From sequence record KJ019152.1: a stretch of DNA of 64,000 nt; one strand, given 5' to 3'. This document shows positions 10,418-18,937 of the stretch, piece by piece (the stretch's first letter is position 1; every line of letters starts with the position of its first letter). Under the pieces are notes generated by a model. The model was not told the DNA's origin. It saw only the letters and a program-made list of their open reading frames with translations, and did no database searches. The position numbers and the translations under genes are program-made.

Positions 10418-10710
10418 TGGCGTTTTCTGTAACACTTAGATCACCTACTGGTGAAGATAAAGTTGTAACAGTGGAGGGAGATCAATACATCCTAGATGCC
10501 GCAGAGGAAGCGGGTGTAGATCTCCCATATTCATGTAGAGCTGGTGCTTGTTCATCCTGTGCAGGTAAGATTGTATCTGGAAAGGTGAATCAAGAAGACC
10601 AGTCATTCTTAGATGATGATCAGATCGAAGCAGGTTTCGCACTCTTATGTGTATCTTATGCCGAATCTGATTGTGTGATTGAGACGGAAAAAGAGGAAAC
10701 CCTTTACTGA
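10417..10710 (+). CDS. petF: plant-type [2Fe-2S] ferredoxin
   Basis: [29 protein letters not shown]. Confidence 0.95.
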   Translation: MAFSVTLRSPTGEDKVVTVEGDQYILDAAEEAGVDLPYSCRAGACSSCAGKIVSGKVNQEDQSFLDDDQIEAGFALLCVSYAESDCVIETEKEETLY

Positions 10711-10715
10711 GACTG

Positions 10716-10865
10716 ATGTCTAATCCAAACGCTCTATATGAAGATATGGAGAAACTGAATGCCCTCTACGAAGAACTTTGTTGGGGGCATAACGATGAAC
10801 TACAATTTTCCCATGACGGGGAGAGCATTATTATTACCAATAAAACCCAGGAGAAACAAAAATGA
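10716..10865 (+). CDS. small cyanophage hypothetical protein (49 aa)
   Basis: MSNPNALYEDMEKLNALYEELCW...; ATGA overlap with the next gene. Confidence 0.6.
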   Translation: MSNPNALYEDMEKLNALYEELCWGHNDELQFSHDGESIIITNKTQEKQK

Positions 10866-11071
10866 CAGTAACAACTGAAGACGGCGGACGCACAAACATG
10901 TACGCCACTGAACCCACTATGTTTATTGATCCTTCTTACACTGAGAAGTATGGTTTAGAAACACACGCTGAACGAGCTGAAACAGCAAACGGGCGTTGGG
11001 CAATGATTGGATTTGTTTCTGGTATTGTATCCTATGTTATTACTGGTAACTTCTTCTTTGGTGTTATCTAA
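10862..11071 (+). CDS. hli: high-light inducible protein (extended N-terminus)
   Basis: MTVTTEDGGRTNMYATEP...AETANGRWAMIGF. Confidence 0.9.
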   Translation: MTVTTEDGGRTNMYATEPTMFIDPSYTEKYGLETHAERAETANGRWAMIGFVSGIVSYVITGNFFFGVI

Positions 11072-11077
11072 TATTAG

Positions 11078-11105
11078 AAGGAGGGTTTGATACCCTCCTT
11101 TTTTT
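11078..11105 (+). terminator. intrinsic terminator
   Basis: AAGGAGGGT-ttgat-ACCCTCCTT followed by a T-run. Confidence 0.85.
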
Positions 11106-11112
11106 GTGCTCC

Positions 11113-11120
11113 TATAAATA
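11113..11120 (+). promoter_or_regulatory. T4-type late promoter
   Basis: TATAAATA upstream of the fibre gene. Further copies at 21636, 22401, 23620, 25740, 43720, 58075 and 63524. Confidence 0.75.
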
Positions 11121-11152
11121 CCTTCTAGGCACCCACACACCTTCGTATCAAA

Positions 11153-13444
11153 ATGGCATTTAAGATTAATGGCGTAGTACGCATTGATAATAGTGGCAAC
11201 GGTTTTCTGGGAATTGTAACCGCTACCGACGCTAATATCACAGGAGTTCTCACTGCCACTGAGGTGGATGCGAAAGTATCATCTAAGGCAATAACTGAAC
11301 AAACAGATGGAACCGTAGATGATGTAACTGGTGCAGATGAACTATTACTATTAGATGCCGAGACTGGTGGATTACTAAGAGTATCAATAGATGAGTTCGT
11401 GCAGGGTTCAGGCATTGGAACTCTAGTAACGGACTTTGATAACTTAACTGTTACTGGTATCACAACCGTTGCCACCCTCAAAGGTATTGGATCTAATAAC
11501 ATCAGTGTAGGGAGCACACTTTCCTTTGCTGATGGTACAGAGATCATCATGGGTGACTCTGGTGACTTCAGTATTCATCATGATGGTGACCATACTTACC
11601 TAGATGAGACGGGGCAGGGTAATCTAAAACTCCGTACAAATAACTTTAGAGTAACAAATATAGCAGAAACAAAACCAGCTATTACAGCACAGGTTACTTC
11701 TGGTGTTGAGTTGTATTTTGATGGTAATAAGAAGATAGAAACTACAAATACTGGTGTTCTTGTGAGTGGTATGCTCACTGCTGATAGATTAAGATCAGGT
11801 GATATTGCTGCTAGAAATGTAATCACACTGGGTATTACCACTATCCAAGATCATTTGGAAGTGAATGATAGTACTGGTTCTGGTACGGAATATAATCTTA
11901 ATGTTAAGACTAATGGTAGTTCTACCTTTGGTGTCTTAGGTAATGGAAATATTCTACTTGGAAACAGTTCCGGTGCTCCATTCATGGCGACGAATGATCA
12001 CCACGCAACTTCCAAGAAATATGTAGATGACGCCATCGCTGATGATCCTAGCGGTGCTGCGGCTTGGGGTACTGTTGCCGCAAACAACAGTGGTGGTGCT
12101 AGTAGTATTACTTTACTGGGTGGGATGAATGTAGCAAGTGTCACAGCTGGCACATCAAATGCAAAAGGAAATTTCGTGGTTACATTTGCCACTCCAATGC
12201 CTGATGCAAACTATTCAGTAACCGCTAGTTATAATAACGCTAATGTTAACACATATGGGGATATTAGTGTAGGTTCTAAAACAGCAAGTAGTTTTGAGGT
12301 TCAAACTTTTGAATCATCAAATCTGCCTGACTGGCAGGGGTTTGGATTTGTCGTCTTCGCAACCAATGCCCTCCCACCAACAGGCGGCACGGGAACAGAT
12401 GCCTGGGGTGATATTGCAGCAGATGTAACGATTAACGCTAGCTTTAACATCGCTTCAGTAACTAGAACTGCCACGGGCTTCTCTGCTGTGGTGTTTAATA
12501 CGCCGATGCCAAACGCTAATTACTCCGTTGTTGGTACTGTTGAGGGTAATAATGCAAGTCATAACTTAACAGTCAAAGATAAGACCGCTAACGGTTTTAC
12601 TGTAGTAACTGAGTCTGGGTATGACTATGCCAAGAATAATGACGCATACAGTTTCACCGTCAACGCCACCAACGCAACGCTACCTGAAACTATTACAACG
12701 GATCAGTTTACCTCTGCGTTTAATGCTCCTACCTTCAAAAACATTCTCATCAATGGAAATCTGACAATTAATCAACGTAATGTTAATATTACATCTGTTT
12801 CTGGCGGTGAATATGGTGAAGATCGTTGGAAAAAGACATTAGGTGGGATGACGCAGATTGTTGAAGATGGTAATTATCTACCAAGTTCTTCTTACACTTT
12901 ATCTGGAACAGGTATTACTACAACTACAGCAAACTCACCTGCTTCTGGTGACTGGGACATCTCAACAACCTTTGGTGATATTCCTGTTACTGCTCGTTCT
13001 ATCCAACTTGAATATGGCAACGTAGCCTCAGCGTTTGACTTGAGACCGGTTGGGGTGGAGCTGAGTTTGTGTCATCGTTATTTTTATAGAATAATAAGGT
13101 CCGTCAACAGCACTCCTTTTACTATTAAATCTAACAGTAACTCAAACGACATTCCCGCTGTAGGCTCGATCGAGTGTTCTTACAATGTAGTTTTTCCAGC
13201 CACAATGAGAACCCAACCTACTGGCTCAAATTACAGTAACAACGGAGCAAATAACTATTTGGCAATTCCAGGATATAGGGCTATTACTAACTCTTTTCTG
13301 GCAAGCGATGTAAGTTTTTCATACGCATCCTCTGAAGACGCAGTAATTTTAGTGGATACGACCTTAGGGAGCATCGGAGTAGTTCAAGGAGCTGCGTTCC
13401 CGCTAGAGGCGGCTTTTAGTTATGACATCGACGCCGAACTTTAA
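11153..13444 (+). CDS. tail/accessory fibre-like protein (763 aa)
   Basis: G/T/S-rich; two AWG...TPMP.ANYSV repeats; KNILINGNLTINQR domain; late promoter; chaperone-like ORF follows. Confidence 0.65.
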   Translation: MAFKINGVVRIDNSGNGFLGIVTATDANITGVLTATEVDAKVSSKAITEQTDGTVDDVTGADELLLLDAETGGLLRVSIDEFVQGSGIGTLVTDFDNLTVTGITTVATLKGIGSNNISVGSTLSFADGTEIIMGDSGDFSIHHDGDHTYLDETGQGNLKLRTNNFRVTNIAETKPAITAQVTSGVELYFDGNKKIETTNTGVLVSGMLTADRLRSGDIAARNVITLGITTIQDHLEVNDSTGSGTEYNLNVKTNGSSTFGVLGNGNILLGNSSGAPFMATNDHHATSKKYVDDAIADDPSGAAAWGTVAANNSGGASSITLLGGMNVASVTAGTSNAKGNFVVTFATPMPDANYSVTASYNNANVNTYGDISVGSKTASSFEVQTFESSNLPDWQGFGFVVFATNALPPTGGTGTDAWGDIAADVTINASFNIASVTRTATGFSAVVFNTPMPNANYSVVGTVEGNNASHNLTVKDKTANGFTVVTESGYDYAKNNDAYSFTVNATNATLPETITTDQFTSAFNAPTFKNILINGNLTINQRNVNITSVSGGEYGEDRWKKTLGGMTQIVEDGNYLPSSSYTLSGTGITTTTANSPASGDWDISTTFGDIPVTARSIQLEYGNVASAFDLRPVGVELSLCHRYFYRIIRSVNSTPFTIKSNSNSNDIPAVGSIECSYNVVFPATMRTQPTGSNYSNNGANNYLAIPGYRAITNSFLASDVSFSYASSEDAVILVDTTLGSIGVVQGAAFPLEAAFSYDIDAEL

Positions 13445-13486
13445 ACTCCTTAATTCCTTACAATAGAACTATCACACTTTAAAACT

Positions 13487-13729
13487 ATGGCTTATACTTA
13501 CGCATTTACTGATGCTGATAACAACAGCATCAAACGCACTGATGAAGACGGTAACGTTGCATTCGTTCCAGTCGCAGAAGGCAATCGTGACTACGCAGAA
13601 TATCTATCCTCTGGTATCACTGCCGATGCATACGTAGCACCACCGGAACCAGAACCCCTTACTCCAGAAGAGAAACTAGCCAACTCTGGACTGACAGTTG
13701 ATGAGCTAAAGAGTTTGTTAGATCTATAG
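13487..13729 (+). CDS. putative fibre assembly chaperone
   Basis: AFVPVAEGNRDYAEYL...PEPEPLTPEEKLANSGLTVDELK, typical of fibre-adjacent small proteins. Confidence 0.55.
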   Translation: MAYTYAFTDADNNSIKRTDEDGNVAFVPVAEGNRDYAEYLSSGITADAYVAPPEPEPLTPEEKLANSGLTVDELKSLLDL

Positions 13730-13759
13730 GTGTGACAGCCAGCAAACTGGCACAGGGGG

Positions 13760-13801
13760 TTGGCACCCTGGGGAATCTGTGTTATAATAAACACATAAAT
13801 A
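13760..13801 (+). promoter_or_regulatory. psbA promoters: sigma70-type plus late
   Basis: TTGGCA(13760)-17-TATAAT(13783); CATAAATA at 13794. Confidence 0.75.
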
Positions 13802-13824
13802 AGAAATGTAAAGTTCTTATTACA

Positions 13825-13900
13825 ACACTTCCATCTAACCGAGACCTACGGGGAAGTAAAATACGTCTCTAATACCTACACCGGAGGGTGGTGTAGGAAT
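13825..13900 (+). ncRNA. PhotoRC-II-like cis-regulatory RNA in the psbA 5' UTR
   Basis: CTTCC/GGAAG, GAGAC/GTCTC, CCTACACC/GGTGTAGG pairings; position matches the cyanophage PhotoRC-II motif as I recall it. Confidence 0.65.
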
Positions 13901-13946
13901 AATACTATCGTCAGCTCCCCCTGGCACTACTTACCCTTTTTACACA

Positions 13947-15026
13947 ATGGCTTCAACACTTACACGCCGTCAAGGCGCATCTATCTGGGATCAGTTTTGT
14001 TCCTGGGTCACATCAACCAACAATCGTCTTTACGTCGGTTGGTTCGGTGTTCTAATGATTCCTACATTGTTAGCCGCAACTGTATGTTTCATTATCGCTT
14101 TCGTGGGTGCTCCCCCAGTGGACATCGACGGAATCCGTGAACCAGTAGCTGGTTCACTCATGTATGGAAACAACATCATCTCTGGTGCAGTTGTTCCTAG
14201 TTCAAACGCAATCGGTCTACACTTCTACCCAATCTGGGAAGCAGCCACACTCGACGAATGGCTCTACAACGGTGGTCCTTTCCAACTAGTTGTCTTCCAC
14301 TTCCTTATTGGTATCTACGCCTATATGGGACGTGAGTGGGAACTCTCTTATCGTTTAGGTATGAGACCTTGGATCTGTGTAGCATACTCTGCACCAGTTG
14401 CAGCAGCTTCAGCAGTATTCCTAGTCTATCCTTTCGGTCAAGGTTCATTCTCAGACGCGATGCCCTTGGGTATCTCTGGAACATTCAACTACATGTTGGT
14501 CTTCCAAGCAGAACATAACATCTTGATGCACCCCTTCCACATGTTGGGAGTCGCAGGTGTCTTCGGTGGTTCATTGTTCTCAGCGATGCATGGTTCACTT
14601 GTTACCTCTTCACTTGTCCGTGAGACAACTGAAACTGAGTCACAGAACTATGGTTACAAGTTCGGCCAAGAAGAAGAGACCTATAACATCGTGGCAGCCC
14701 ATGGCTACTTCGGTCGTTTGATCTTTCAATACGCTTCATTCAACAACTCACGCTCACTCCACTTCTTCTTAGCCGCATGGCCAGTTGTGGGTATCTGGTT
14801 CACCGCACTTGGTGTTTCCACAATGGCATTCAACCTCAATGGTTTCAACTTCAACCAGTCTGTTATCGACGGACAAGGTAGAGTATTGAACACCTGGGCG
14901 GATGTTCTTAACAGAGCTGGTCTTGGGATGGAAGTAATGCATGAGAGAAATGCACACAACTTCCCACTAGATTTGGCAGCAGCTGAGTCCACACCAGTGG
15001 CTCTAATTGCACCATCTGTTGGTTGA
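13947..15026 (+). CDS. psbA: photosystem II D1 protein, uninterrupted
   Basis: [14 protein letters not shown]...[13 protein letters not shown]; 359 aa. Confidence 0.99.
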   Translation: MASTLTRRQGASIWDQFCSWVTSTNNRLYVGWFGVLMIPTLLAATVCFIIAFVGAPPVDIDGIREPVAGSLMYGNNIISGAVVPSSNAIGLHFYPIWEAATLDEWLYNGGPFQLVVFHFLIGIYAYMGREWELSYRLGMRPWICVAYSAPVAAASAVFLVYPFGQGSFSDAMPLGISGTFNYMLVFQAEHNILMHPFHMLGVAGVFGGSLFSAMHGSLVTSSLVRETTETESQNYGYKFGQEEETYNIVAAHGYFGRLIFQYASFNNSRSLHFFLAAWPVVGIWFTALGVSTMAFNLNGFNFNQSVIDGQGRVLNTWADVLNRAGLGMEVMHERNAHNFPLDLAAAESTPVALIAPSVG

Positions 15027-15047
15027 TCACTCAACCTGTGGTATGAT

Positions 15048-15078
15048 AAAGGGGGACTTCGGTCCCCTTTCTTTTTCT
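15048..15078 (+). terminator. intrinsic terminator after psbA
   Basis: GGGGAC-TTCG-GTCCCC followed by a T-rich tail. Confidence 0.85.
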
Positions 15079-15096
15079 TTTGTAATGTAAAGTTTT

Positions 15097-15327
15097 ATGT
15101 CTCACGATCTAATCGAATTGCTCACTTACTATGTGATCGGTGGTGCCCTTATCATAGGACCACCCGCTATCTTTCTCATCATTGCTATGATGGCAGCACT
15201 CCAAAATACGAAAGGTCGCATGGTTGGATACAAAGATCACAAAACTTATGGTGATTCATCTATCTACGATCCGGCACCAAAATTGCCAGTAGATCAAACG
15301 AAATTCTTCTTGGAACTAAACAATTAA
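15097..15327 (+). CDS. small membrane hypothetical protein
   Basis: 76 aa with a hydrophobic N-terminal segment. Confidence 0.65.
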   Translation: MSHDLIELLTYYVIGGALIIGPPAIFLIIAMMAALQNTKGRMVGYKDHKTYGDSSIYDPAPKLPVDQTKFFLELNN

Positions 15328-15338
15328 GGTAAACAAAA

Positions 15339-15386
15339 ATGACGACAAGTACACTTACAACACCACAAAGGGGGTGTATTCGTTAG
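15339..15386 (+). pseudogene. psbD: orphaned native psbD 5' end (MTTSTLTTPQRG then CIR*)
   Basis: Matches the cyanophage D2 start MTTSTLxxPQRGW; breaks within the Trp codon (GGG TG|) and stops after 15 codons. Confidence 0.75.
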
Positions 15387-15428
15387 TCTGGAAGCAACTG
15401 ACACAAAACACAAAATATCATAGGGGTA

Positions 15429-15457
15429 TTGGCAAACCCAAAAATATGTGTTATACT
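15429..15457 (+). promoter_or_regulatory. sigma70-type promoter 1 of the cassette
   Basis: TTGGCA-17-TATACT. Confidence 0.7.
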
Positions 15458-15702
15458 GGGTAGGGATAGGTAGAGTATTCAGGGGTGAAAAGACTACCTA
15501 TACCCCCCAATAATACACAGCAATAATACACAGAGAATACTTATAATAAAACCCCTACGGGGTTTGCCTACGGGCAACTGAAAGAGATATATGTATAGGG
15601 GGCAACTGATATAACTGCTATGCCCGCTACGCCAACCTGAAAAACCACAAAGGTAGTATAACACCAGAAGTAGTTATTGGCAACTATCTAGAAACTATCT
15701 AG

Positions 15703-15731
15703 TTGCCGCAGGGGTTTTTATGCGTTATAAT
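15703..15731 (+). promoter_or_regulatory. sigma70-type promoter 2 of the cassette
   Basis: TTGCCG-17-TATAAT upstream of the 54-aa ORF and HNH. Confidence 0.7.
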
Positions 15732-15754
15732 AATAATACCCTGAATACAAAACT

Positions 15755-15919
15755 ATGAGTATGGTGAAGCAACACCTGTGGCAAGAGCAACACGCCCCTA
15801 CCGCAGAAGATATAGAAGAGTATGAGTTATACTGCTACTACCTAGATATGGTAGAGCGGTATAATACTACCGCCCCTATGAAGTTTTTAGAAGAAGTGTT
15901 TGGTGAAGAGGTAGAGTGA
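15755..15919 (+). CDS. small acidic hypothetical protein (54 aa)
   Basis: MSMVKQHLWQEQHAPTAEDIEEYELYCYY...; GTGA overlap with the HNH ORF. Confidence 0.6.
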   Translation: MSMVKQHLWQEQHAPTAEDIEEYELYCYYLDMVERYNTTAPMKFLEEVFGEEVE

Positions 15920-16548
15920 AGCAACTAATACAAAACCCAAACAACTATACAATAACCCCAGAGGGGGTTGTATTATCTAACAAATACAAACGCCCCCTAT
16001 CACTACAATATGATAGAGGGGGCAACCCCTTCTACCAGATAAAACGCCTAGGGGGTGGTAGTAGGCAACAACTATACCAAAACAAACTACTACCCCAACA
16101 CTACCCCTTCTACTGGATAAACCAGTTAGAGGGGGGTGAAGAGTGTAGGAATATAACTTATATCTACCAACACCCTATACCCCCCTACAAATACTTTATA
16201 ACCAACAGAGGTAGGGTTTGGAGCAACCTATCTAATAGGTTTTTAGAAACCCAACACAACTATGGTAGGGGTGGATACTATGATAGAATAACCATAGATA
16301 CACACTCTGTGAATACACACTGGTTGGTAGGTAGATACTTTTTAGAGAACTGGTATGCTGGTTGCTTTGTTTGCCATAGGTGTGAAACTCTACCCTACCC
16401 AAACAGAAACTACCCTACTAACCTGTGGGTAGGCAACAACAGCAGCAACCAGTTAGATAGTGAGAGCAAGCAGAGAACACTACACAGAAGAAAGAGAGTG
16501 AGTGAGTGTATGAGAGGCAACCAAAACTGGCGGGGCAAACACAAATAA
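15916..16548 (+). CDS. HNH homing endonuclease with two NUMOD4-like N-terminal units
   Basis: YTITPEGVVLS and YFITNRGRVWS units; HWLVGRYFLEN...VCHRCE...NRNYPTNLWVG...NQLD (I-HmuI/HNH_3-like). Confidence 0.75.
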   Translation: MKQLIQNPNNYTITPEGVVLSNKYKRPLSLQYDRGGNPFYQIKRLGGGSRQQLYQNKLLPQHYPFYWINQLEGGEECRNITYIYQHPIPPYKYFITNRGRVWSNLSNRFLETQHNYGRGGYYDRITIDTHSVNTHWLVGRYFLENWYAGCFVCHRCETLPYPNRNYPTNLWVGNNSSNQLDSESKQRTLHRRKRVSECMRGNQNWRGKHK

Positions 16549-16605
16549 CACACAAACTCTGTATAACTGCTCTACTACGCTTTCTAACCTAGCACTTTGT
16601 TGCTC

Positions 16606-16647
16606 TGGACTAACAGGGAGTTATGTGTTATAATATAAACATAAATA
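16606..16647 (+). promoter_or_regulatory. replacement psbD promoters (sigma70-type plus late)
   Basis: TGGACT-17-TATAAT(16629); CATAAATA at 16640. Confidence 0.7.
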
Positions 16648-16667
16648 CATATAACTTCACAAAAACT

Positions 16668-17726
16668 ATGACTGCTTCACTTGCACCCCCAAAAAGCAAC
16701 GGGGGTTGGTATGATATTTTAGAAGACTGGTTGCAGAAAGATAGGTTTATCTTTATTGGCTGGTCTGGATTACTACTTCTTCCCACTGCTTATCTTGCCA
16801 TTGGCGGCTGGCTTACTGGCACAACTTTTGTCACGAGTTGGTACACCCATGGTCTTGCTTCTTCCTATCTTGAGGGTGCTAACTTTCTCACGGCGGCTGT
16901 CTCGACTCCTGCTGATGCTATGGGTCATTCTCTTCTTCTACTTTGGGGTCCTGAATCTCAGGGCGACTTCCAGCGGTGGCTCCAACTTGGAGGGCTTTGG
17001 TCCTTTGTTGCTCTCCACGGTGCCTTCGCTCTAATTGGATTCATGCTTCGTCAGTTCGAACTGTCACGACTCATTGGTATCCGTCCCTACAACGCTATTG
17101 CATTCAGTGGTCCTATCGCTGTATTCGTCAGTGTGTTTCTTCTATACCCACTAGGTCAATCTTCCTGGTTCTTTGCCCCCTCCTTTGGTGTGGCAGCAAT
17201 CTTTAGATTCCTATTGTTTCTTCAGGGTTTCCACAACTGGACACTGAACCCCTTCCATATGATGGGAGTTGCTGGTATACTAGGTGGAGCACTACTATCT
17301 GCAATCCATGGCGTTACTGTTGAAAATACCCTATATGAAGATGGAGAACAGAATAACACCTTCACTGCGTTCGATTCCACGCAGGAGGAAGAGACCTATT
17401 CGATGGTTACTGCGAACCGCTTCTGGTCGCAAATCTTCGGGGTTGCGTTTAGTAATAAGCGTTGGCTTCACTTCTTTATGTTGTTTGTCCCTGTCATGGG
17501 TCTTTGGGTCTCAAGTATTGGCATCATTGGGCTTGCTCTTAATCTTCGTGCTTATGATTTTGTGAGCCAAGAGATTAGAGCAGCAGAAGATCCTGAGTTT
17601 GAAACTTTCTACACAAAGAACATCCTTCTTAACGAAGGACTAAGAGCATGGATGGCACCTGTGGATCAACCACATGAGTCATTTGTATTCCCAGAAGAAG
17701 TTCTACCTAGAGGTAACGCATTGTGA
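16668..17726 (+). CDS. psbD: photosystem II D2 protein with a non-canonical N-terminus
   Basis: 352 aa from ATG 16668; [16 protein letters not shown]...[10 protein letters not shown]. Confidence 0.97.
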   Translation: MTASLAPPKSNGGWYDILEDWLQKDRFIFIGWSGLLLLPTAYLAIGGWLTGTTFVTSWYTHGLASSYLEGANFLTAAVSTPADAMGHSLLLLWGPESQGDFQRWLQLGGLWSFVALHGAFALIGFMLRQFELSRLIGIRPYNAIAFSGPIAVFVSVFLLYPLGQSSWFFAPSFGVAAIFRFLLFLQGFHNWTLNPFHMMGVAGILGGALLSAIHGVTVENTLYEDGEQNNTFTAFDSTQEEETYSMVTANRFWSQIFGVAFSNKRWLHFFMLFVPVMGLWVSSIGIIGLALNLRAYDFVSQEIRAAEDPEFETFYTKNILLNEGLRAWMAPVDQPHESFVFPEEVLPRGNAL

Positions 17727-17968
17727 TTAACGCACTCTTCACTTTTATATTTGCTGCGGTGATGTGGGTGCAAGTCCCACAGTGGCAGGATGATTGGTCT
17801 AAGTGCGCAGTAGATGTACCTGATGTTCAATGTCATTGGTATATCACAGCACCCGATAGCACCATGGGTGAAGGATTTAGTTGGGCGAATGCCCCTTGGT
17901 TCAGTGCTGAAGGTCTCCTTGATATTGGAGAACTTCACAACACAGTTCAATCACTTCAGGAGGCATGA
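17723..17968 (+). CDS. hypothetical protein
   Basis: ORF track; GTGA overlap with the psbD stop. Confidence 0.6.
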   Translation: MINALFTFIFAAVMWVQVPQWQDDWSKCAVDVPDVQCHWYITAPDSTMGEGFSWANAPWFSAEGLLDIGELHNTVQSLQEA

Positions 17969-18180
17969 TGAATATATTATTTTTAGTATTATACTTCGTC
18001 TGTTTCTGTCTCATTGCAGGTGGTGCCGCAGCTATGATGTATGCAAACATACAATCTATCTGGAACACACCACCCGCTCTACCTAAACCAATTCATCCTG
18101 AGGCACCTGTAGCAGGTGAAGAGGTTATGTATGTCGATCTAACAAGAGAAAAACTGGAAGATTTGTACCATGAACATTGA
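17965..18180 (+). CDS. small membrane hypothetical protein
   Basis: Hydrophobic helix then IHPEAPVAGEEVMYVDL. Confidence 0.6.
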   Translation: MMNILFLVLYFVCFCLIAGGAAAMMYANIQSIWNTPPALPKPIHPEAPVAGEEVMYVDLTREKLEDLYHEH

Positions 18181-18292
18181 ATACCTTTTAGGTTGGGTTG
18201 CTATTCTTGTTTTGTTTATAGCAACACAGAATACTGATGATGACGATGATCCAGAAGGTGGTATGATGGTTCCTTCCACTCAATCTACATAA
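18170..18292 (+). CDS. small membrane hypothetical protein (40 aa)
   Basis: MNIEYLLGWVAILVLFIATQNTDDDDDPEGGMMVP. Confidence 0.55.
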   Translation: MNIEYLLGWVAILVLFIATQNTDDDDDPEGGMMVPSTQST

Positions 18293-18301
18293 CAAAACTA
18301 C

Positions 18302-18330
18302 AAGGGGATTGCTAACAATCCTCTTTTTTT
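18302..18330 (+). terminator. intrinsic terminator
   Basis: AAGGGGATTG-ctaa-CAATCCTCTT followed by a T-run. Confidence 0.8.
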
Positions 18331-18414
18331 GTATCGTTATTTTGTTTGATTGTTATATATTGTGTGTATTCTCACACAAACCATATACATAGAGTGTAGA
18401 ACAAGAGGAGTATT

Positions 18415-18615
18415 ATGTTATCGCATAATCTTATTTCGCATAACCAACTAGAAGGTTGGCGTGAATCTTTTCAGAAGATAGATAAATCTACCAATAGAAC
18501 AACAGACGAACTAAACCTAATTAATGATTACTATGATTGCTTAATAGAGTGTGATGATAACCAATCAGCATGTAAGCGTATCTGTAAACATGTATTGACA
18601 TCTCCACCAATTTAA
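18415..18615 (+). CDS. hypothetical protein with C-terminal Cys cluster
   Basis: GAGGAG Shine-Dalgarno; YYDCLIECDDNQSACKRIC. Confidence 0.65.
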   Translation: MLSHNLISHNQLEGWRESFQKIDKSTNRTTDELNLINDYYDCLIECDDNQSACKRICKHVLTSPPI

Positions 18616-18627
18616 ATATGTTAGAAT

Positions 18628-18654
18628 GGAGGGTATAACAACCCTCCTTTTTTT
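18628..18654 (+). terminator. intrinsic terminator
   Basis: GGAGGGT-ataaca-ACCCTCC followed by a T-run. Confidence 0.8.
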
Positions 18655-18822
18655 ATGCGATTCGATTTAACCATGGATGATTATGCCATCATCCTCAACG
18701 CATTACACTATTATAAGAAAGTAGAGAAGCGTGGCAACTTCAAGCAGTATAACGAGGAGCGAGTTAACGATCTTAGGGACCGAATGGCCCACCAAATCGT
18801 CTGGGAACAGGGTGAAGAGTAG
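18655..18822 (+). CDS. hypothetical protein (55 aa)
   Basis: MRFDLTMDDYAIILNALHYYKK... Confidence 0.55.
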   Translation: MRFDLTMDDYAIILNALHYYKKVEKRGNFKQYNEERVNDLRDRMAHQIVWEQGEE

Positions 18823-18937
18823 CAAATACCACCATTTTCAGGAACCTCTCACCAAACCTTTGGGATACACTATGGAAAAACGGGTTGTTGATCGCCTATA
18901 ATAAGGGGGTAGAACACAACTGGAGAGAAAATCCACT

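Larger units (their letters stand above)
15377..16720 (+). mobile_element. free-standing HNH homing-endonuclease cassette inserted in the psbD 5' end
   Basis: Lies between the psbD remnant and functional psbD; three promoters, small ORF, HNH ORF, replacement D2 start; distinct composition. Right boundary approximate. Confidence 0.75.

Noticed and set aside
13807-13824. NtcA box upstream of psbA
   Set aside because: The spacing is GTA-N10-TAC, not the N8 consensus.
13947-15026. Intron in psbA as in S-PM2
   Set aside because: The ORF is continuous and full length (359 aa).
15572-15690. CRISPR or TIGR-like mini-array from GCAACTGA repeats
   Set aside because: Only two exact 10-nt copies with irregular spacing; no Cas or Nop-domain gene is recognisable. 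Kept only as part of the structured-RNA finding.
15377-16667. Group I intron in psbD (AAGACTAC at about 15490 and GAAGATATAG at about 15806 resemble R/S elements)
   Set aside because: The S-like match lacks the following TC and lies inside an ORF. I found no U|...G splice junction that restores the frame. Downstream psbD has its own promoter and start codon.
16623-16667. ORF-track N-terminal extension of psbD (MCYNINI...)
   Set aside because: It overlaps the promoter boxes; ATG 16668 gives the normal D2 length.
18415-18615. CP12
   Set aside because: Cys-rich C-terminus but no AWD.VEEL core.
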